Part shown: one piece after another, positions 9,901 to 54,469 of the stretch
Layout: each line of letters begins with the position of its first letter
How positions within the stretch are numbered: the first letter of the stretch is position 1
Assembly: GCA_044892525.1 (NCBI GenBank)
Contig: CM097885.1
Location: forward strand, 35,218,001 to 35,282,000
Source of the DNA: Schmidtea polychroa
Lineage: Eukaryota
Direction of reading: 5' to 3'
Length of the DNA: 64,000 nucleotides
Program-made: the position numbers and the translations under genes
The notes under the pieces: generated by a model
Databases searched by the model: none
What the model was told of the DNA's origin: nothing
What the model saw: the letters and a program-made list of their open reading frames with translations, nothing else

Positions 9901-12900
9901 CATTTATTGTATAAATACTTTTCTCACAATATTCATTATCTGATTCTAAATAAATATTAAATTTTTTAATATTTTTGAAATGCGCATTTTAAGGTAAAAT
10001 TTGGACTCTGATTTTTGTTCTATCCTTCATGTAACCATTGACACAATACATTGGAATTTAATTCAATATTTTGTTTTTCATTCAAAAACTACCGTATTAG
10101 CCCAAATATAACGCGACAATTTTTAACATTTTATTTTTATTAAATTTTGGTTTAAATTAATTAAATTTATTGACATGAATGTATTACTTTAAATTACCTA
10201 ACCAAACGCTTATCTGATTGAATTTCCCTTAATTTTAATTTTTTATGAGTATTTTTTTTCTAAATTCTAATACGGTATTTTCTTTATAATATTTCTTTTA
10301 AAAATAAATTAAACTGAAAATGAAAATAGACTCGATTGAAATTTATTTATTTGCATTGCAAAAGACTTATTTTATAATACAAATAAAATAACTTTCAGCG
10401 TTTTGCGAGATGCTGGGGGTTATCGAGATTGGCCATCAGGCAGGGGCATATATCTCAATCACAAAAACAATTTTCTTGTTTGGGTCAACGAAGAAGATCA
10501 TTTAAGAATAATTTCAATGGAGGCTGGAGGAGACTTAGCGAAAGTATATCGTAGACTTGTCAAAGTATTTAACATAAATTAAAATTAAATTTCTAATCAA
10601 GAGTAGGGAATCAAAACTATGGAAGATAAATTAGGATTTGCTAGACATGAAAGATATGGATATTTGACCTTTTGCCCGTCAAATCTTGGGACAACTATGC
10701 GTGCAAGTGTGCATGCCAAGATTCCTATGTTATCGACACTTCCAAATTTCAAAGTTTAAATTTTTCTTATTTACATCTTTAATATATATACTGTTTTCAG
10801 GAAATCTGTCAGAAATACCAACTTCAAGCTAGAGGAACATACGGTGAGCATACAGAGTCACTGAATGGTGTATATGATTTGAGTAATCAAAGAAGACTTG
10901 GATATACTGAAATAGAAGCCGCTAATGAAATGGCTATAGGTGTAAAAGCTATTGTTGAATTGGAAGCTCTGCTGCAAAGATTTAATGTAAACATTCCAAG
11001 TAAGAAAAAAATTTTTTAATATATCGTTCATAACGTTCATAATTTTAAGAAAGTTTATCTTTAATTCTATAGAATCTTGATTTAAACTCTTTTATCATAT
11101 TTTCAAAGGATTATTTGAATGTAAACATCAATATTGAAGACTAGAGCGACCAAAGAAAAATTTCTAGAGGGGCAAAGTTTCAAATAAATAATTACATCAA
11201 TAAAATTTAATTTAATTTATTATATTTTGGGTTTCTGTTTTATAAGTATATAATAAATATATTATTGAATTAATAAAAAGTTACACAATGTATATATTAA
11301 TTTACTATACTTAACATCTAGTAAAATATTTATTAGTAATTTGTAAACAAATATGGAATAATTAATATTTATTCAACCAAATGCACGAGCTGCTTGTTTT
11401 ACTATTATTTAAATGAAGTGCCTGTGAAAAATAATCTAAATAACAGATAACTCCTAATAGTATCGCCAGACCTAATAGTATAATTTTTTCAATAATTTTT
11501 AGTGATACTTTTTTAATACCATCACTATCCTAATAGTATCATTTAAAAATTTTTCATGCCGAAGTTTATTTATGCAAATATATATATATATATATATATT
11601 AATATATCAATAAAATTTATAAGTATTTTATTTGAATATACGGCATTAATGCTTTTTTAATTTATAAATTTATGAATTTATGTTCAATAATGTTCAATAA
11701 CGTCATCAATAATGTATTCTCTCATTTTTTATATTGTTATTTTAATTGTATTTTATAATTTAATTTTTGGGGGTAAGATAACACAGAAGTACCAAGAAGT
11801 CTTAGGATATATAGATCAAAGGAAACCTCCCCATACAAATCAGCGTAATACTGGATGAACTCGGACATTAACTTTCTAAGGTGGAACAAGAAGCTAAGCC
11901 AAAAATATATTTTAAATATTGCCACACTGAGTAATAAATAACTCTAATATTATATAAGAAAAATCATAAATAATGAAATAAAAAACTTAGCATAGGTGGC
12001 ATAATATTCATCATATACTGAGGGTGAAAGAGCAAAAAAATATTAATGAATGGAAAAAAAGAAACTTATTTTAAAAGTATCTGTGTATTCTGCACACAAT
12101 CTAAAATGGTCAAACCGAAGCAGTCAATGAAATGAAGAAGATAACACTATAAGAATAGTTTGAACAGCAATATGAAAGGAACGGTGCACATCAATTTAAA
12201 AAAAAATATGACGCTGAAGAACATAAAGGTGCAAATGCCACTTATTGATATGTAGACTATGATGATCATACTACTTGAAGTATATTAGATGATCTTATGC
12301 AACAAATTTTGATAGACCATTGACCAGAACAAGTTTTTTAAAAAGAGTAAATGTAAAGAAGATTCATAAAAAATCATTACAACCAAAGGCTTATGTGATT
12401 GGAAAAATATGTAATCAATTATATGAGTACATGAGGAAAGCAGTGAAAATTTAAAGAATTTCTGTAATAAAATGAATTTTAACTGCGACCACGACGCAAC
12501 AATTGATAGAGACTATTTGCGTCTTATAATTTTTCTTGGATTACGTGAGAAATTGCGCACATTCGGGAATAGAAACTAAATAATTGTGTTGATAAATTAT
12601 TATGATTTAATTATATAAATTTTGTAACTGAAAATCATGGTGCCTATAAATTATTAGATATTTTAGAAATCAAATACATAATAGTTAGCTGCAAAAATGC
12701 AGTGAAGGAGGAGCAACCCGATTAATTTTATCGTTGAGGTCGCCACAACTTGAAAAATGTTATCAAGGGGTCACACTACCAAAAATGTTGGGAACCGATG
12801 ATCTACAATATTAGGAAGAGATATGAATTTAAAATTAATGTGAATCTCTCAACTACATGTAAAATTAATAATATCATAGTCGTCATTAATTTGTTTGTTT

Positions 12901-15900
12901 GTTTGTTTGTACGTGTGTCAGATCAAATCGATTAATAATATAATATTTAATATTTAATATAATATAAATATTATATAATATATAATCTTTTTAAACGACT
13001 CGGTTTTCTCACATGGACAACTCTACTTAGCTTTATTGAGATCAAGGAATTGCGACAACATAAAAATATTCATCACTCCAAGGCCACAACAAGGAAATTT
13101 GCTAAAAAATAGAAGGAGTTTTACTCACAATATAGTTTATAAGGAAATATTTGACATGTAAAATTTAACTTAAAGTTACTTGAAAAATTGAAAAATTAAA
13201 TTTACAAAAATTTATCTTTATTTTTATTATCATATTAATTTTTCCCGCCATGCTTCACGGGGGATTATACTAGTTATTTCAATTGCCTGGAGATAATTTT
13301 ATCTCTGTCGCAAATGAATGTGAAATCGTGAAAGGAATACCTCAGAATACCTCAATTCTAATAATGTCGATTGGAAAAGAATTGAATCAAATCTTATAAA
13401 GTAAGACGGCTGAAATTGAACAATAGCAAATTGAATCAAATCAAATCAAGATAGACTAAAAGAAGTTATAAACAGAATCTTGAGGTACTTTTTAAGCCTT
13501 CTCCAATCTATACAGAACAATTTTGTTGTTTTCTTTCTTTTGTAAAAAATTACTCTTATTTGTCAAAAATATTAGTAATTTCCTTATCCGTTTATTAATC
13601 TTTTGAACAATTACCATTTTATTAAAATATTAATTCTAGAATTTTTTTCAAACTGAAAATTATAAGTATATTTATTTTTGTTTATTTGCATTGTTAATAT
13701 ATTTTTATTAATATAATCATATGAAATATTATTTATTCATTATTACATTATATTATATTTTTAAATATCTCTTTCTATTGAAAATAAGCTTGTCTTATTC
13801 ATTTCAATAATTATTTCAAATGTTTTAATAAAAAGAATTACGAATAATTTTATTTACAGAATATTTGATGGTAGTTGAACCTTTAGAGTACATGTATACT
13901 TTACTAAATGTTCCAGAAAATAAGAGTCTTACAAAGAAATATTTAACAATGGATATAGTAAAGAAATATAAAGATCTTAGAACGAGTAAAGGCACTTCAC
14001 TGGCTCATTGTGTCAGGAACTGTAAGCATTACTATAAATAAATATTAATTTAATTTATTTTAGGTGCATATAATCCACGAGCTCTATGCCCAAGAACTGG
14101 AGATGTAGAATGCTATTCTTTGTTTCAAGAATATTTAGATCTAATAATCATGGATTATCATTTAGTTCTCGAGAAAAATTTCCAGCATCCTAGTCCTCAT
14201 TTTGGAGATATTTTTAAATTACCATTTCATGACCTAGATTCATCTGGTAAAGGAATCGGTTCGATTCGCTTTTAAAAATTTATATCCATATTTCAGGAGA
14301 TTTCGTAATATCAACTCGTGTAAGAGTAGGAAGGAGTATCAAAGGTTTTAACTTTCCCCCTACAATAGATAAGGCACAACGGCTTCGATTGGAAAGTGTG
14401 GTCAGTGATATTTTAATGGGGCTCCAGGGTGATTTAGCTGGTAATTATTATCCTTTGGCTGGAATGGATGAAAAAACTCAAAAACAACTAATTGACGATC
14501 ATTTTCTTTTCAAAGATGATGATCCGTAATTTTATTAATTTTTTAGAATTCATATTAATCAATTAAATTTTATTTTTATTTCCACTCATTTAGAATAATT
14601 TTATTTTTCTATGATATTTGTCATTAATGTTATTTATTATAAACTCGCATTAATATACTTTTATAATATAAACTAGCTTCGCTACGATTATATTTTTAAT
14701 TAATTAATGTTTTAATAAATTACTAAGTTTCATTTTTCACATAATTTATGATTAGCATAATATTAATAAAAACAATAAAATGATAATTTAAGGCTTTTGC
14801 TGCGAATAATGTATTTAATGAAAAAATTTTCGACTATAAGATAGTCCTTGATATGTTTTGGTGTTTCATTTTGAATTTTAAATTTTAAAGGATATTTAAT
14901 TTTAATTTTAAATAAAATTTTTAAGAATCCAGAAAAAGAAAGTATATCATTATATTATATTTTTAACCAATGAGAAGTAAGAAAAAAAAATTTAAGAAAG
15001 ATCGAGAGGTGTGTTCGGGTAGGAGATTGCTAAATTCCAGGAGATTGACAAGGACTACCTTATAGTCGAAAATTTTTCATTAAATACATTAATCGCAGCA
15101 AAAGGCTTAAATTATCACTTTATTGTTTTTAATAATATTTACAATATAAAATATAAAAAGAGTTTGTCGTTTTTGAGGTTTAATATTGTGAAGCAATACT
15201 ATTGAATCTCCCTACTTGAAATAAAGTGTGGAGTAATTTAAGTTAAGGGTATACAAAAATTCATATGTTACCATTGTTCAGATGCTAACTTCATTAATAA
15301 TAAATGGTTCATAATTACTGCATGTCTTTAATGCTCAAGTTCCTAAATTCCCGGTCAATTCCCTCAGTTAAAATATTAAAATAACAAACTTCCTAACATA
15401 TTTCGTTCATAAAATTAAATTTTCCGTCCTCCTCTTCAAATTATCCATTTCATCCTTAATAAAACTAAATAATTCAGAAAACTTGTATACCCTAATAGCT
15501 AGACGCAATTAAATCATTTGAAAAGCTAAAATTTGTTAAGAATCTGAGAAGCTTCCTAGGAATATGCGATTAATACAGAAGATTTATAAAAGAATACGCA
15601 AAAAGGGTAAGAGTTTTTAGAAGGGCTATGCGGGTTAAACAACGAAAAATTAATTTAGACTGTCGGATGCGACATTGTATTCGAAAATATGTAAAATGCT
15701 TTAATGTCCTCACCTATTCTAGGATTTCCAGATTTCGAAAGAGAATTCATTCTGAATATTGATGCGAGTTTTGACACAATTGGAGCAGTATTATCATAGA
15801 AAGACGACAACGGATGCGAAAAGGTTATATCATAAGGTTCTCAAGCAATGAGCAATCATGAAAAGGGATATTGCATAACAAGGAAAGAGTTGCTGGCAAT

Positions 15901-18900
15901 CTATTATTTTTGTCAATACTTCAATCATTATTTATATGGAAAACGGTTCATTTTGAAAACAGGCCATAAAGCTATTATGTTTATGTTATCCACAAAGAAA
16001 CCAATGACAGCGCAATTTCAGACATCGATTAACTACCTCAGTAGTCTGGATATTAAAATAGAGTATCGAAAAGGTACGGATCATGCAAATGCAGATATGT
16101 TGTCAAGGAGTACATGTGGAACATGCAGACAATGTTTATTTAACCCATGAAGACGCGAAAGTTGAAAGAATGAAAACCCGAAGAATAAACACGATTGAAA
16201 AAGCTGAAGATTATAAGTGGCAAAAAGTTAATACAGAAATAGAACAAATAAAAAAGAAATAGCACAGGGTTCAAGTTGGAAATTTATACTGGTAGACAAT
16301 GTGGTGAAAACTATAGAGGGTAATATATGGATACCTAGAGAAAAAAGACAAGAAATGATAAAGAGTATGCATATTTTGCTATCACACGCAGGAGCAGAAA
16401 AAGGGACAAAATATGTAGCGGACAATCACGATATGGGAGACATAAGAGAATCAGTAAAAGAAACAATTGGACAATGCGAGGCATGTCAAAGAACGTAAGT
16501 TGTGACAACAAAGATGAAGGAAGAGACAATAAAACTGACAGCAGAGGAGCCGTGTGAGAAAGTGTGCATTGATATATGTGGCCCATTACAGGAAACATTC
16601 AGAAAGAAAAGATATATAGTCGCAATGATTGATCAATTTAGCAGATATATCTATCTGACTGCTGTCACTAAACAGGATGAAGAAACGGTTAAGGAAACAA
16701 TACTACAAAAATGGATTCTTAGATTTGGAACACCAAATGAAATTCACACAGATTGTGGAAAAGTATTTGAATCTAAGACGATGAAAGATTTTTCAAAATC
16801 AATGGGAATTACACTATGCTTTTCAAGTCCATATCACCATAATACAAATGTTATGATAGAACGTCAATTCAGGACAATAAGAGACTATATAAATGCATCA
16901 TTAAAAGAAAAAAAGTAGAACAGATTGGGCAGAGATCAGTCCAGAGATTGAATTCACCATGAATGCAACATTTCAGAAATCAATTAGGCGAAGTCCCGCA
17001 GAAGTAATATTTGGAAGAAAAATAGCTCGAGAACAATTTCATAGTAAAGCGCTGATTTCACAAAAAGAAGACACACAAGAAACAACACAGACAAAAAGAT
17101 CATTCAATATTGGAGATGAGGTTCTGGTAAAAGTAGAATCATGAACGAAAGACAAGAAAAGATACGAAGGGCTATACAGAATAATGCAGAAGATCCATAA
17201 CAGAATTTTAAATTTTGTATAAAAATTATATGAATTTGAAAATGATTTAAAAGTGTGAGATTTTGCATATAAAAGATTTATACTAAAATCTATGTTTTTA
17301 TGGGTTGACATTTTGTTACTATCTACATCATTAGCTTTTAATAAAAGTTTATCCTGTTTAAAATAGGACGAAGGGATCCCAACTTCCAAGGTCGCCAACA
17401 TATATGTTTAATCTTTATTTCATTATTTGACTAGCTACCAATTCATTATCAAAAATAACTGGCAGCTACAATTGCACAATTTCCCTCTTTACAGAACCTT
17501 GCAAGTAATATAACATTTTTCATTTGCATTGTAATAGTGATTGTAATTTGATATCAATACATCAAATAAATTGTGGCAATTTGTTGACAGGCACCCAATG
17601 GACATTCAGAGTTGAGATAATCAATAAAAGTTTATTTATCCTATTTATTTAAAAGCCCAATACATTTGTCTGTCAAATTGTGAAAATCTGTATTTTGATA
17701 CTCTTTACTAAGCAATAACTCAAAACATTTATTTCAAATTTATCTTAAAACAATTTTCATTAAAGAAATCTTTATTTTATTATTTAATATTATTGCTCCA
17801 AATAGAGTTCTTCGAGATGCAGGTGGTTACAGAGATTGGCCAAGTGGAAGAGGAATTTTTCACAATACAAAGAAAACCTTTTTAGTTTGGGTTTGTGAGG
17901 AAGACCACATTCGAATTATTTCAATGCAAATGGGAGGAGATCTTATGCAAGTCTATCAAAGATTAGTTTTGGTATGCATAAAAGTTTTTAATTTAAAACT
18001 TTTATTATCATCTAAATGAGTCAACAGACAGACTTCTCAAACAGAGGAATAAATAAATTTTAGCGAGATTTAAAATTTTGTAATTGTGAGTGTAGTGCCT
18101 GCTGAAACACTATTTTTTCTTTATATTATATTTAATATTAAATTGCATATTAAATTTGATTCTAGTGTAATTTGTTTGAATAATATATAGTTTGAAAAAC
18201 AACATGCCTACCTTACTAGCAGCAACAGGCAAAATTCCACCATATTCAGATTTCACAGTTAAATAACAAATCCATCAGCAACAGCGATAAAGCCAATTCA
18301 GTCAACAACTTGGAACAGAATACAAACAAGCTCATGGATACAATTGCAAATAACTATGCAAATTTTATTATCGAAGCTTTTAAATGGAATAAAAATTTAT
18401 ACTATGTTGTACTTACAATTCATCTATCTTTCCGATTATTAGCTTGCCGTGAGGATAGCTCCTCCATGACAGTGAGGTGTTTTTAATAACTTATATTAAA
18501 TTATTATTGTATGTTGTATGAAAGTATAATTGTATGATGACATTTTTATTCATTAATTATTATTTTAGAAAACTCAAACAAATTTACGATTTGTTTTAAG
18601 ATTGTTGATAAATAAATATTATTTGAATATGAATTGATATTATAGATTCAATTGACACTAGAAGGACTGTGACTAATAGTAATTGTGTTGCATGTTAATT
18701 TTTTAATTTTTATTGTGTTCATTATGATTTTTGGAATGATTGTTATAATTTTTGAAAAACATTAAATATAACTTACAAAACAGACATTTAATCGAAAGCT
18801 ACATTCAGGGTATAAAAGCCATAGAGGAAAAAATTGCATTTGCTCACATGAAGAAATATGGGTATTTAACATGTTGCCCAAGTAATTTAGGAACGACAAT

Positions 18901-19178
18901 GAGAGCTAGTGTTCACATAAAGATCCCAAAACTGAGTTCTGATAAGGCAAAGTTCAACGAGGTCTGTGACAAGTATCATCTACAAGCAAGAGGTTAATAT
19001 TTATATATTTATTAAATATATAATCATATGAAAAGGCTTTTATGGAGAACATACTGAATCTGCCGGGGGCATTTATGACATCAGTAATAAGCATCGCCTC
19101 GGTTTAACAGAACTTGACGCGGTCACTGAAATGGCGACTGGGGTCAAAGCTATCATTGAAATTGAAATGACCTTATAA
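6929..19178 (+). CDS. Two-domain phosphagen kinase (taurocyamine/arginine kinase, flatworm type); 5' exons outside the window
   Basis: GT-AG exons joining in frame: 6929-7114, 7168-7292, 10399-10564, 10607-10753, 10801-10999, 13860-14021, 14064-14246, 14297-14525, 17806-17971, 18809-18992, 19036-19178 (TAA). Motifs [29 protein letters not shown] and DLSN/DISN each occur twice. AATAAA at 19311. Confidence 0.93.
7455..8698 (+). mobile_element. Internally deleted Ty3/Gypsy LTR element in a kinase intron
   Basis: Diverged ~233-bp LTRs at 7455-7687 and 8466-8698; flanks ATGGA/GTGGA; purine tract before the 3' LTR; integrase remnant [12 protein letters not shown]. Confidence 0.85.
12802..13273 (+). 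mobile_element. Non-autonomous Helitron-like element
   Basis: A|TC start, internal (GTTT)n, 3' hairpin CCCGCCATGCTTCACGGG followed by CTAG|T. Confidence 0.55.
14770..15140. repeat. Inverted pair of an ~90-bp repeat (Penelope-end-like); further copies at 51661-51755 and ~52940-52985
   Basis: Shared CAAGGACTA..TAGTCGAAA..CATTAAATACATT..GCAGCAA..GCTTAAA sequence. Confidence 0.65.
15500..17200 (+). mobile_element. Degenerate Ty3/Gypsy pol fragment (RT thumb, RNase H, integrase), same lineage as the 24402-29418 element
   Basis: [26 protein letters not shown] and SSPYHHNTN motifs broken by stops and frameshifts. Confidence 0.9.
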
Positions 19179-21562
19179 TCCTTTTAATATTTTAAATTTA
19201 CTATCCAATGATCTCATTTTTAATTTTAAAAGAATTATTTTTAATATTTATTTTTTATTTCTCCCAAACCTAATTTTTGGATTTTTATTTGAAAAACTAT
19301 TTCAATAATTAATAAAAATTTGTTGTCTTTTTGTTCATTGAAAATTGCAAGTTTGACCCGTTTGTCATTTTTTTTCTTTTTTATTGTGATTGTCAATATT
19401 TCCCATACGCTCTCCATCATATGAATAATTAAAGATAATTATAGTTATTCTTTACAAAATTAACACTTTTTTTTGAGTGGCGTACTCAGCATAATTGACT
19501 TCCTCGCTGCAAGTATTATTTTTGAACTTTGTTACATAGTGCATTTTACTATTTTGCATGTAAATTTGTGAGCACTTAAAGCCCATTTTACACCCAAACA
19601 ATATAATGCATTGGAAAATAGGTCTAAAATTTTTTTTTCTAATAATATGCTAATTATAAAGTAATGGAAAATTTCAACCTTTTATTTATTTCTTTTTTTA
19701 AAAATAATATAAACTATATCAAAGCGTGGAAATAGAAAATGTGTCAAATTGGTTTAATGTTTCTTCATTTTGCTAATATTTAGTCTCTTTATTGTGCTTA
19801 TTTGATCTTTTACTTGTTTTTATGTTTACGCGACTTAGGGCAATATGTGCGTGTTGTTTTTGCGCATTTTGAATCAGAATTTCTGATCACAGATCATGTC
19901 GGTTTTGGCATAAAATCAGTTTTTATCCAACTTCATATTATATGATTCATACAGATGAATAATCTATCATTTAATATATTTATTTAATAAAATTCCAATT
20001 TAAAATATTTTTTAAAATTTGTAAAATAATTATAAATTACCGCAAATTATTGAAAATGTCAAAATTATCCAAAACATTAAGTTACAATTAGTATTATAAA
20101 ATGTAAAGTTAAATCTTTTAAGGATTCAGAAATTGATAAAAAGAGATCATAGTCATGGACTAGGGTGAAAATTATTACAATTACATAAAACGATTATTAT
20201 TATTTAAATTATTAGTGGACGCGTTGGGAGATATTTAAAATGTGTTTAAATAAAAATTTAAATAAATACACATAAATGACCTGAAATTCATACAAAATTT
20301 CATTAAAAATATTATCAACATTAAAAATGTATGTTTAATGAAAATTTTGACTTTTAACTTACTGAATGCTCAAAGAATTTATCTTAGTCTCACACTGATG
20401 TAAAAATAAAAGAACACTATTAAGGTATTAATCAGAACATGTTTGTTCACTTTGGCATTTTGAATTACCACAATGGCTTTACATATTTTCGTGAAAAATG
20501 CATTTTAAAAATTGTAAAAATAAAGTATTTTTTACTAAATATGATAAATTAAAAAAAAATTCATTTTCAAAGTGAATTTGTACATATTTTTATTATTCAA
20601 ATACAATTAAATAAATTTTTAAATTATATTTTAAAATTAAATTTAAAAAATAAATAATTTAATACGCACACTTTTCATGTAAAAACAACGCAATTATAAC
20701 ACAGTACTATATGTAACACTTGGAACATTTTCCACTTCGGAATAAATTCTATTGGAACCAGAATCTGTGTAATTAAAAATAGACTCCATCTTGAAGTGTT
20801 CCGCCTAAATTATTAAAATTATTTTAAAATATAATTTAAATTTTTAAATTCACGCACTGAACTAAACGGAGTGATCTCAGGCATTAAAACAACTGTAATA
20901 CTAAATCTTTCATAAAGTATTCACAGCAAAGTTGAAGTAAAAGTGAAGAAAATTTTCTGCCATCTTGCATGTAAATAAAAAATTCCGTCCTCCCAGAACT
21001 TTTTTGGTTTCTGAGAGAAAAATTGTTCTAAGTCAATTTTACATTCTCTCAAATATGTGAAAGATTTTCCATTTAAATAATTTTTGCAAAGATCGAAATA
21101 AATGAAAATTAGAAGGTGCTAAGTCTTGCGAATAAGGTGGATGAGGTAGAATACAACTGATGTTTATATGCAAAACTCGCTATTTTTGCTATATATCGCC
21201 AAAAAACAAAATTACTTTTTACTCAATCAAATATTACAAATAGTCACTACCTAACTAGTTTACAAAATACTATAATGTTTTTCGGGGTAAAAAAGCAATA
21301 GCCTGATTTTACTGTATTTAGACTGGATTTGTTCTGAAATATGCGGAATCCACGAATAATCATTTTGATATTATTCGAAGATTATTACTGAAGCAACATC
21401 TTTGAACTATAGAACGCCCGGAATCACAATGAGTGTTTCTGTTGAATTTTCTGTACTTTTCGTTAAAAGAAATAAAAATATATTACTGGTGTTCAGAAAG
21501 AAAGAAAAAATAACTTTTTGTATACGGATATATTTGATCGATTTAATACAAACATTATTTAA

Positions 21563-21750
21563 CCCCTTAAAGCACATGCCCGAGTGTCACTCGGGTTTAC
21601 GAAATATAAAGTTTTGTTTAAGATTCACTAACGATTATATCTCGGGCAGTGTAATAAATTTACGAAAAAGAATTATCAATAAATTATCAATAATAAAAAA
21701 AATGCTTTATTTTTGCCGTTGTATCAAAAAGAAAAACGTGCGTTAAGAGG
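21563..21750. mobile_element. piggyBac-like MITE
   Basis: TTAA on both sides; imperfect TIR CCCCTTAAAGCAC / GTGCGTTAAGAGG. Confidence 0.6.
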
Positions 21751-21887
21751 TTAATACAAGAGATAAAATAATTAATTATAATACATTAATTATTAATTTA
21801 AAATATATTTCCCAGAAATCGACCAAAATAAAAATTGAAATTTTCCGGAAAATCTTGTTTGTTTTGGGACGATATACCCCTTGACCC

Positions 21888-22556
21888 CATGGCCGTATTA
21901 ATAAGTTTGAGCGCCCTGGGCTAAATAAAATTTTGCATCCCTACATACTTTTAATTTAAAAATTCAATTTTATTTTCAAAAATTCAAAACTTAAATATGT
22001 ATTTACGCAAAACAAAATTCAAAAAATTTATATAAATATGTGAATTAAATATTAATTTTTAATTTAAATATGTCTTTCGCGGCATTTATTTTTAGCAAAT
22101 ATATCTATAATTTTCTTGTGATCCAGTTTCTCAAGGACATCCGATTCTATTGACAAAATACTTAAATTATTTAATTTGTATTGTCCTAAAGATGATCTTA
22201 GATGATTTTTTATTCTCTTGAGAGTTGAAAACGACCTTTCTCCGCTATAATTTGTACAGGCGATACTTAAATATATTCGTAGAGCTGTTGTTATATTCGG
22301 AAAAGTGCATTCAATTTGCGATTCAATCTTTATAGAAGTTAGATCATTAGCATACATGGTTTATATGGATGAGAAAAAATATAACATTGAACACATTACT
22401 AACTTAAATCACGGATACGCTAAATATAAAGAAAATTACTTTTTTTTTAAATTAAAAAAAAGCAATTAAATTTCACCATCTTGTTTTCTTAGCGCCCTCG
22501 GATCGATGGCGCCCCTGGGCTGTAGCCCAATTAGCCCTATGGTTAATGGGGCCATA
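21888..22556 (-). mobile_element. Internally deleted hAT element
   Basis: 8-bp TSD CTTGACCC (21880-21887 and 22557-22564); TIR CATGGCCGTATTAA / TTAATGGGGCCATA; dimerisation domain (ERSFSTLKRIKNHLRS) at 22064-22357. Confidence 0.88.
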
Positions 22557-23035
22557 CTTGACCCTCGCTACTCCACTAGTTACACAGATCCCTGCCTGCC
22601 TCTTATTTCAAATTATCATCAATCTTACAATTTTACTATCATAAACTTTATAGGATAAATGCGCCTTAATTCTTTTATTTGTCTTTAAAAGTTTTTGTGT
22701 TTTCCACCTTTGATCTGATTTCGTTTAAATTTTAGTTTAACTTAATTTCTTCAAGAATTAATGTAAGTTACCTATGTAAATGAAATTCAAAAATGTATGA
22801 CTAACAAACTTTATAGTAAAAAGTAATAATATTTTCCATCATTGGCCAATAAAATTCCGGTAAATTATACGCGGACCAGTAATTTTTGAGTAAATAAAAG
22901 TCACAAAAAAATAAGTTAAAAACAGAATGAAACGGAGTAGGTTTTAAAAGATACTATTTGAGAAAACAATTTGAAGAGCTATGAATAAGATTTAATTTTT
23001 TTCCCAAAAATCTATTAAAAATAATTATTACTTAC

Positions 23036-52506
<29,471 letters not shown>

Positions 52507-53572
52507 TGCATCATGAAAATCGTGTGACAGATTATCAATGATGCGAATCGCAATGGAGAATCAATAATTTAATTCATGCATGAAATTCGGGTTGTTTATT
52601 CAATGCACCAATCGTTTTTATTCGTGTTTGTAACAGACAGCAGAAAATTATAGATATTTTATGATGTTTTTTTTAAGTCAAAAATAAAATTCACGTCATT
52701 CCCGGTGAAAATGTGACTAGATTATAAAGTGAAACATTTTTGGTTTTTTAGAAATTATTGCATGGAATTACCATAGTTAAATAAAAATTTTAAATTATTT
52801 TATTAATTTTCAATTAAATTTCATTCTGTATTTTTTGATAATAATTTTTTTTATTATAATTAAATAATAATAATAATAATATTCATAATAAAAATTTTTT
52901 TATAATTTTATATAAAAAATATTTTCATTTATATTAAATATATTATTCGCAGCAAAATCCTTAAATTATCATTTAATTGTTTAAAATTTAATTAATGCTA
53001 TTACGAAGAAATCATCACTTTAATAATAATAATTAAATATTAAGTGGTTTTGTCTATTTTGAAAAATAAATTAAATTTATTTTCGATTTGAATTTGTCAA
53101 ATAATTTGTTAGGAGGCGACTTATATATCAAAATTATTAAATATAAACGTTAACATAATTTTTTCACAATTTTAGTAATAACAAAATATACATAACAGAA
53201 AAGTGCATAAATATGATAAAATCTTTAAAAAGGTTTTACTAAAACTTAATGTTTTTAAATTCAAGTCTTTTATTTTCATCGGGTTAATAATATTTGAAAT
53301 GTCAATTTCTAGCAAGACATTGTTTAACAGATGTAAATTTTAATTGGTTTTAATTAGGTAAATAGCGTTTTACTATTACGACATTAATAGAAAATGTAAA
53401 AAGACGATAGGCATTGAATTCGATGCAGACATTTCTATTGTATGTGATTTTTAGTTAATTATGCAATATAATTTTTTCTTTCAAAATTATTTTTTTTAAT
53501 TATACAGTAAGAACTTTATATAAATCCAAATGAATTATTTTTATAACCCATAATGAGAAAAATGTCTTATAG

Positions 53573-53802
53573 CAGGGATCGCAAAACTTTCAAGTCTTTT
53601 TGGCAACTTTTGACTAGACTAATTCTATCGGTCTACCAAAGAAATTATTTTAAATATTAAAAATGTGCTTCCAACTGTAATCTATTTATTTTATATAAAA
53701 ACCAAAAAAATTTAGTAAAATTAGTATTTTTTACCTGGTATATGAATTTTTATTTGCGGGTGACTTCCAATAGTTACATGGTCGACGTCTTTACCATCCG
53801 TG
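53573..53802. mobile_element. hAT (Charlie-like) MITE
   Basis: 8-bp TSD TCTTATAG; ends CAGGGAT... and ...ATCCGTG. Confidence 0.7.
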
Positions 53803-53968
53803 TCTTATAGTAATCCAATGACAAATTACTGATTGTAGTGCCTCTGACTAGCACTTTTATCAATTTAATAATTGAACTAAAAATATATTATTATAAAAAA
53901 GACTCAACAACTCACAATGGTACTGCTCACAATGATATTATTAAACAAAGCAATAAAACATACATTTA

Positions 53969-54469
53969 TTAAACAATAAAATAATTTAAAATAAACAATG
54001 GTAATCTAAATATTGATGTATTCATATTTGCAGCAATATTGTTTGAAATTGGTAACGTTGAATTGTTTTTCAGATATTCTATTGTTCCCTTGATTTTTTG
54101 AATTTCGCTTAATAATAATTCAATCTTTCTTAACAAATGATCATGTTTCTTGTCAATAATTTTCATATTCTTTTTATTTTCAACATTTGATTTATTGAAA
54201 ACCTCAATATGATAAATTAATTTAAATTTTATATTTTATATATATTCAAATGATAAGTCATACCTGTTTTCTAAATTCTCCAATCTTTGGGATACTCTTT
54301 TTCCTGGATGCTTTGCCCATTTTGGTTTGTCAAGAATATATAAAATATCCGTCAACTTGGTGGTATTTGGACAAACACATATTGATTTATTAAAAGACTC
54401 CACCGTTATTGTTGTATTGTGCGAGCACACACTCGTTATAATAATTAGCAATAGAAATATAGTATTCAT
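53969..54469 (-). CDS. Putative small secreted coiled-coil protein, probably two exons
   Basis: Signal peptide MNTIFLLLIIITSVCS, CVC motif, donor AACAG|GTATG near 54263, downstream heptad-rich ORF 53969-54166. Confidence 0.4.

Noticed and set aside
15500..15518. TAGACGCAATTAAAT matching the 24402 LTR end
   Set aside because: It translates as LDAIKSF of the RT thumb; a chance match.
19826..19870. Possible additional hairpin-leader copy
   Set aside because: Only scattered CGCG/GCGC words; no proper inverted repeat and no recognisable captured gene.
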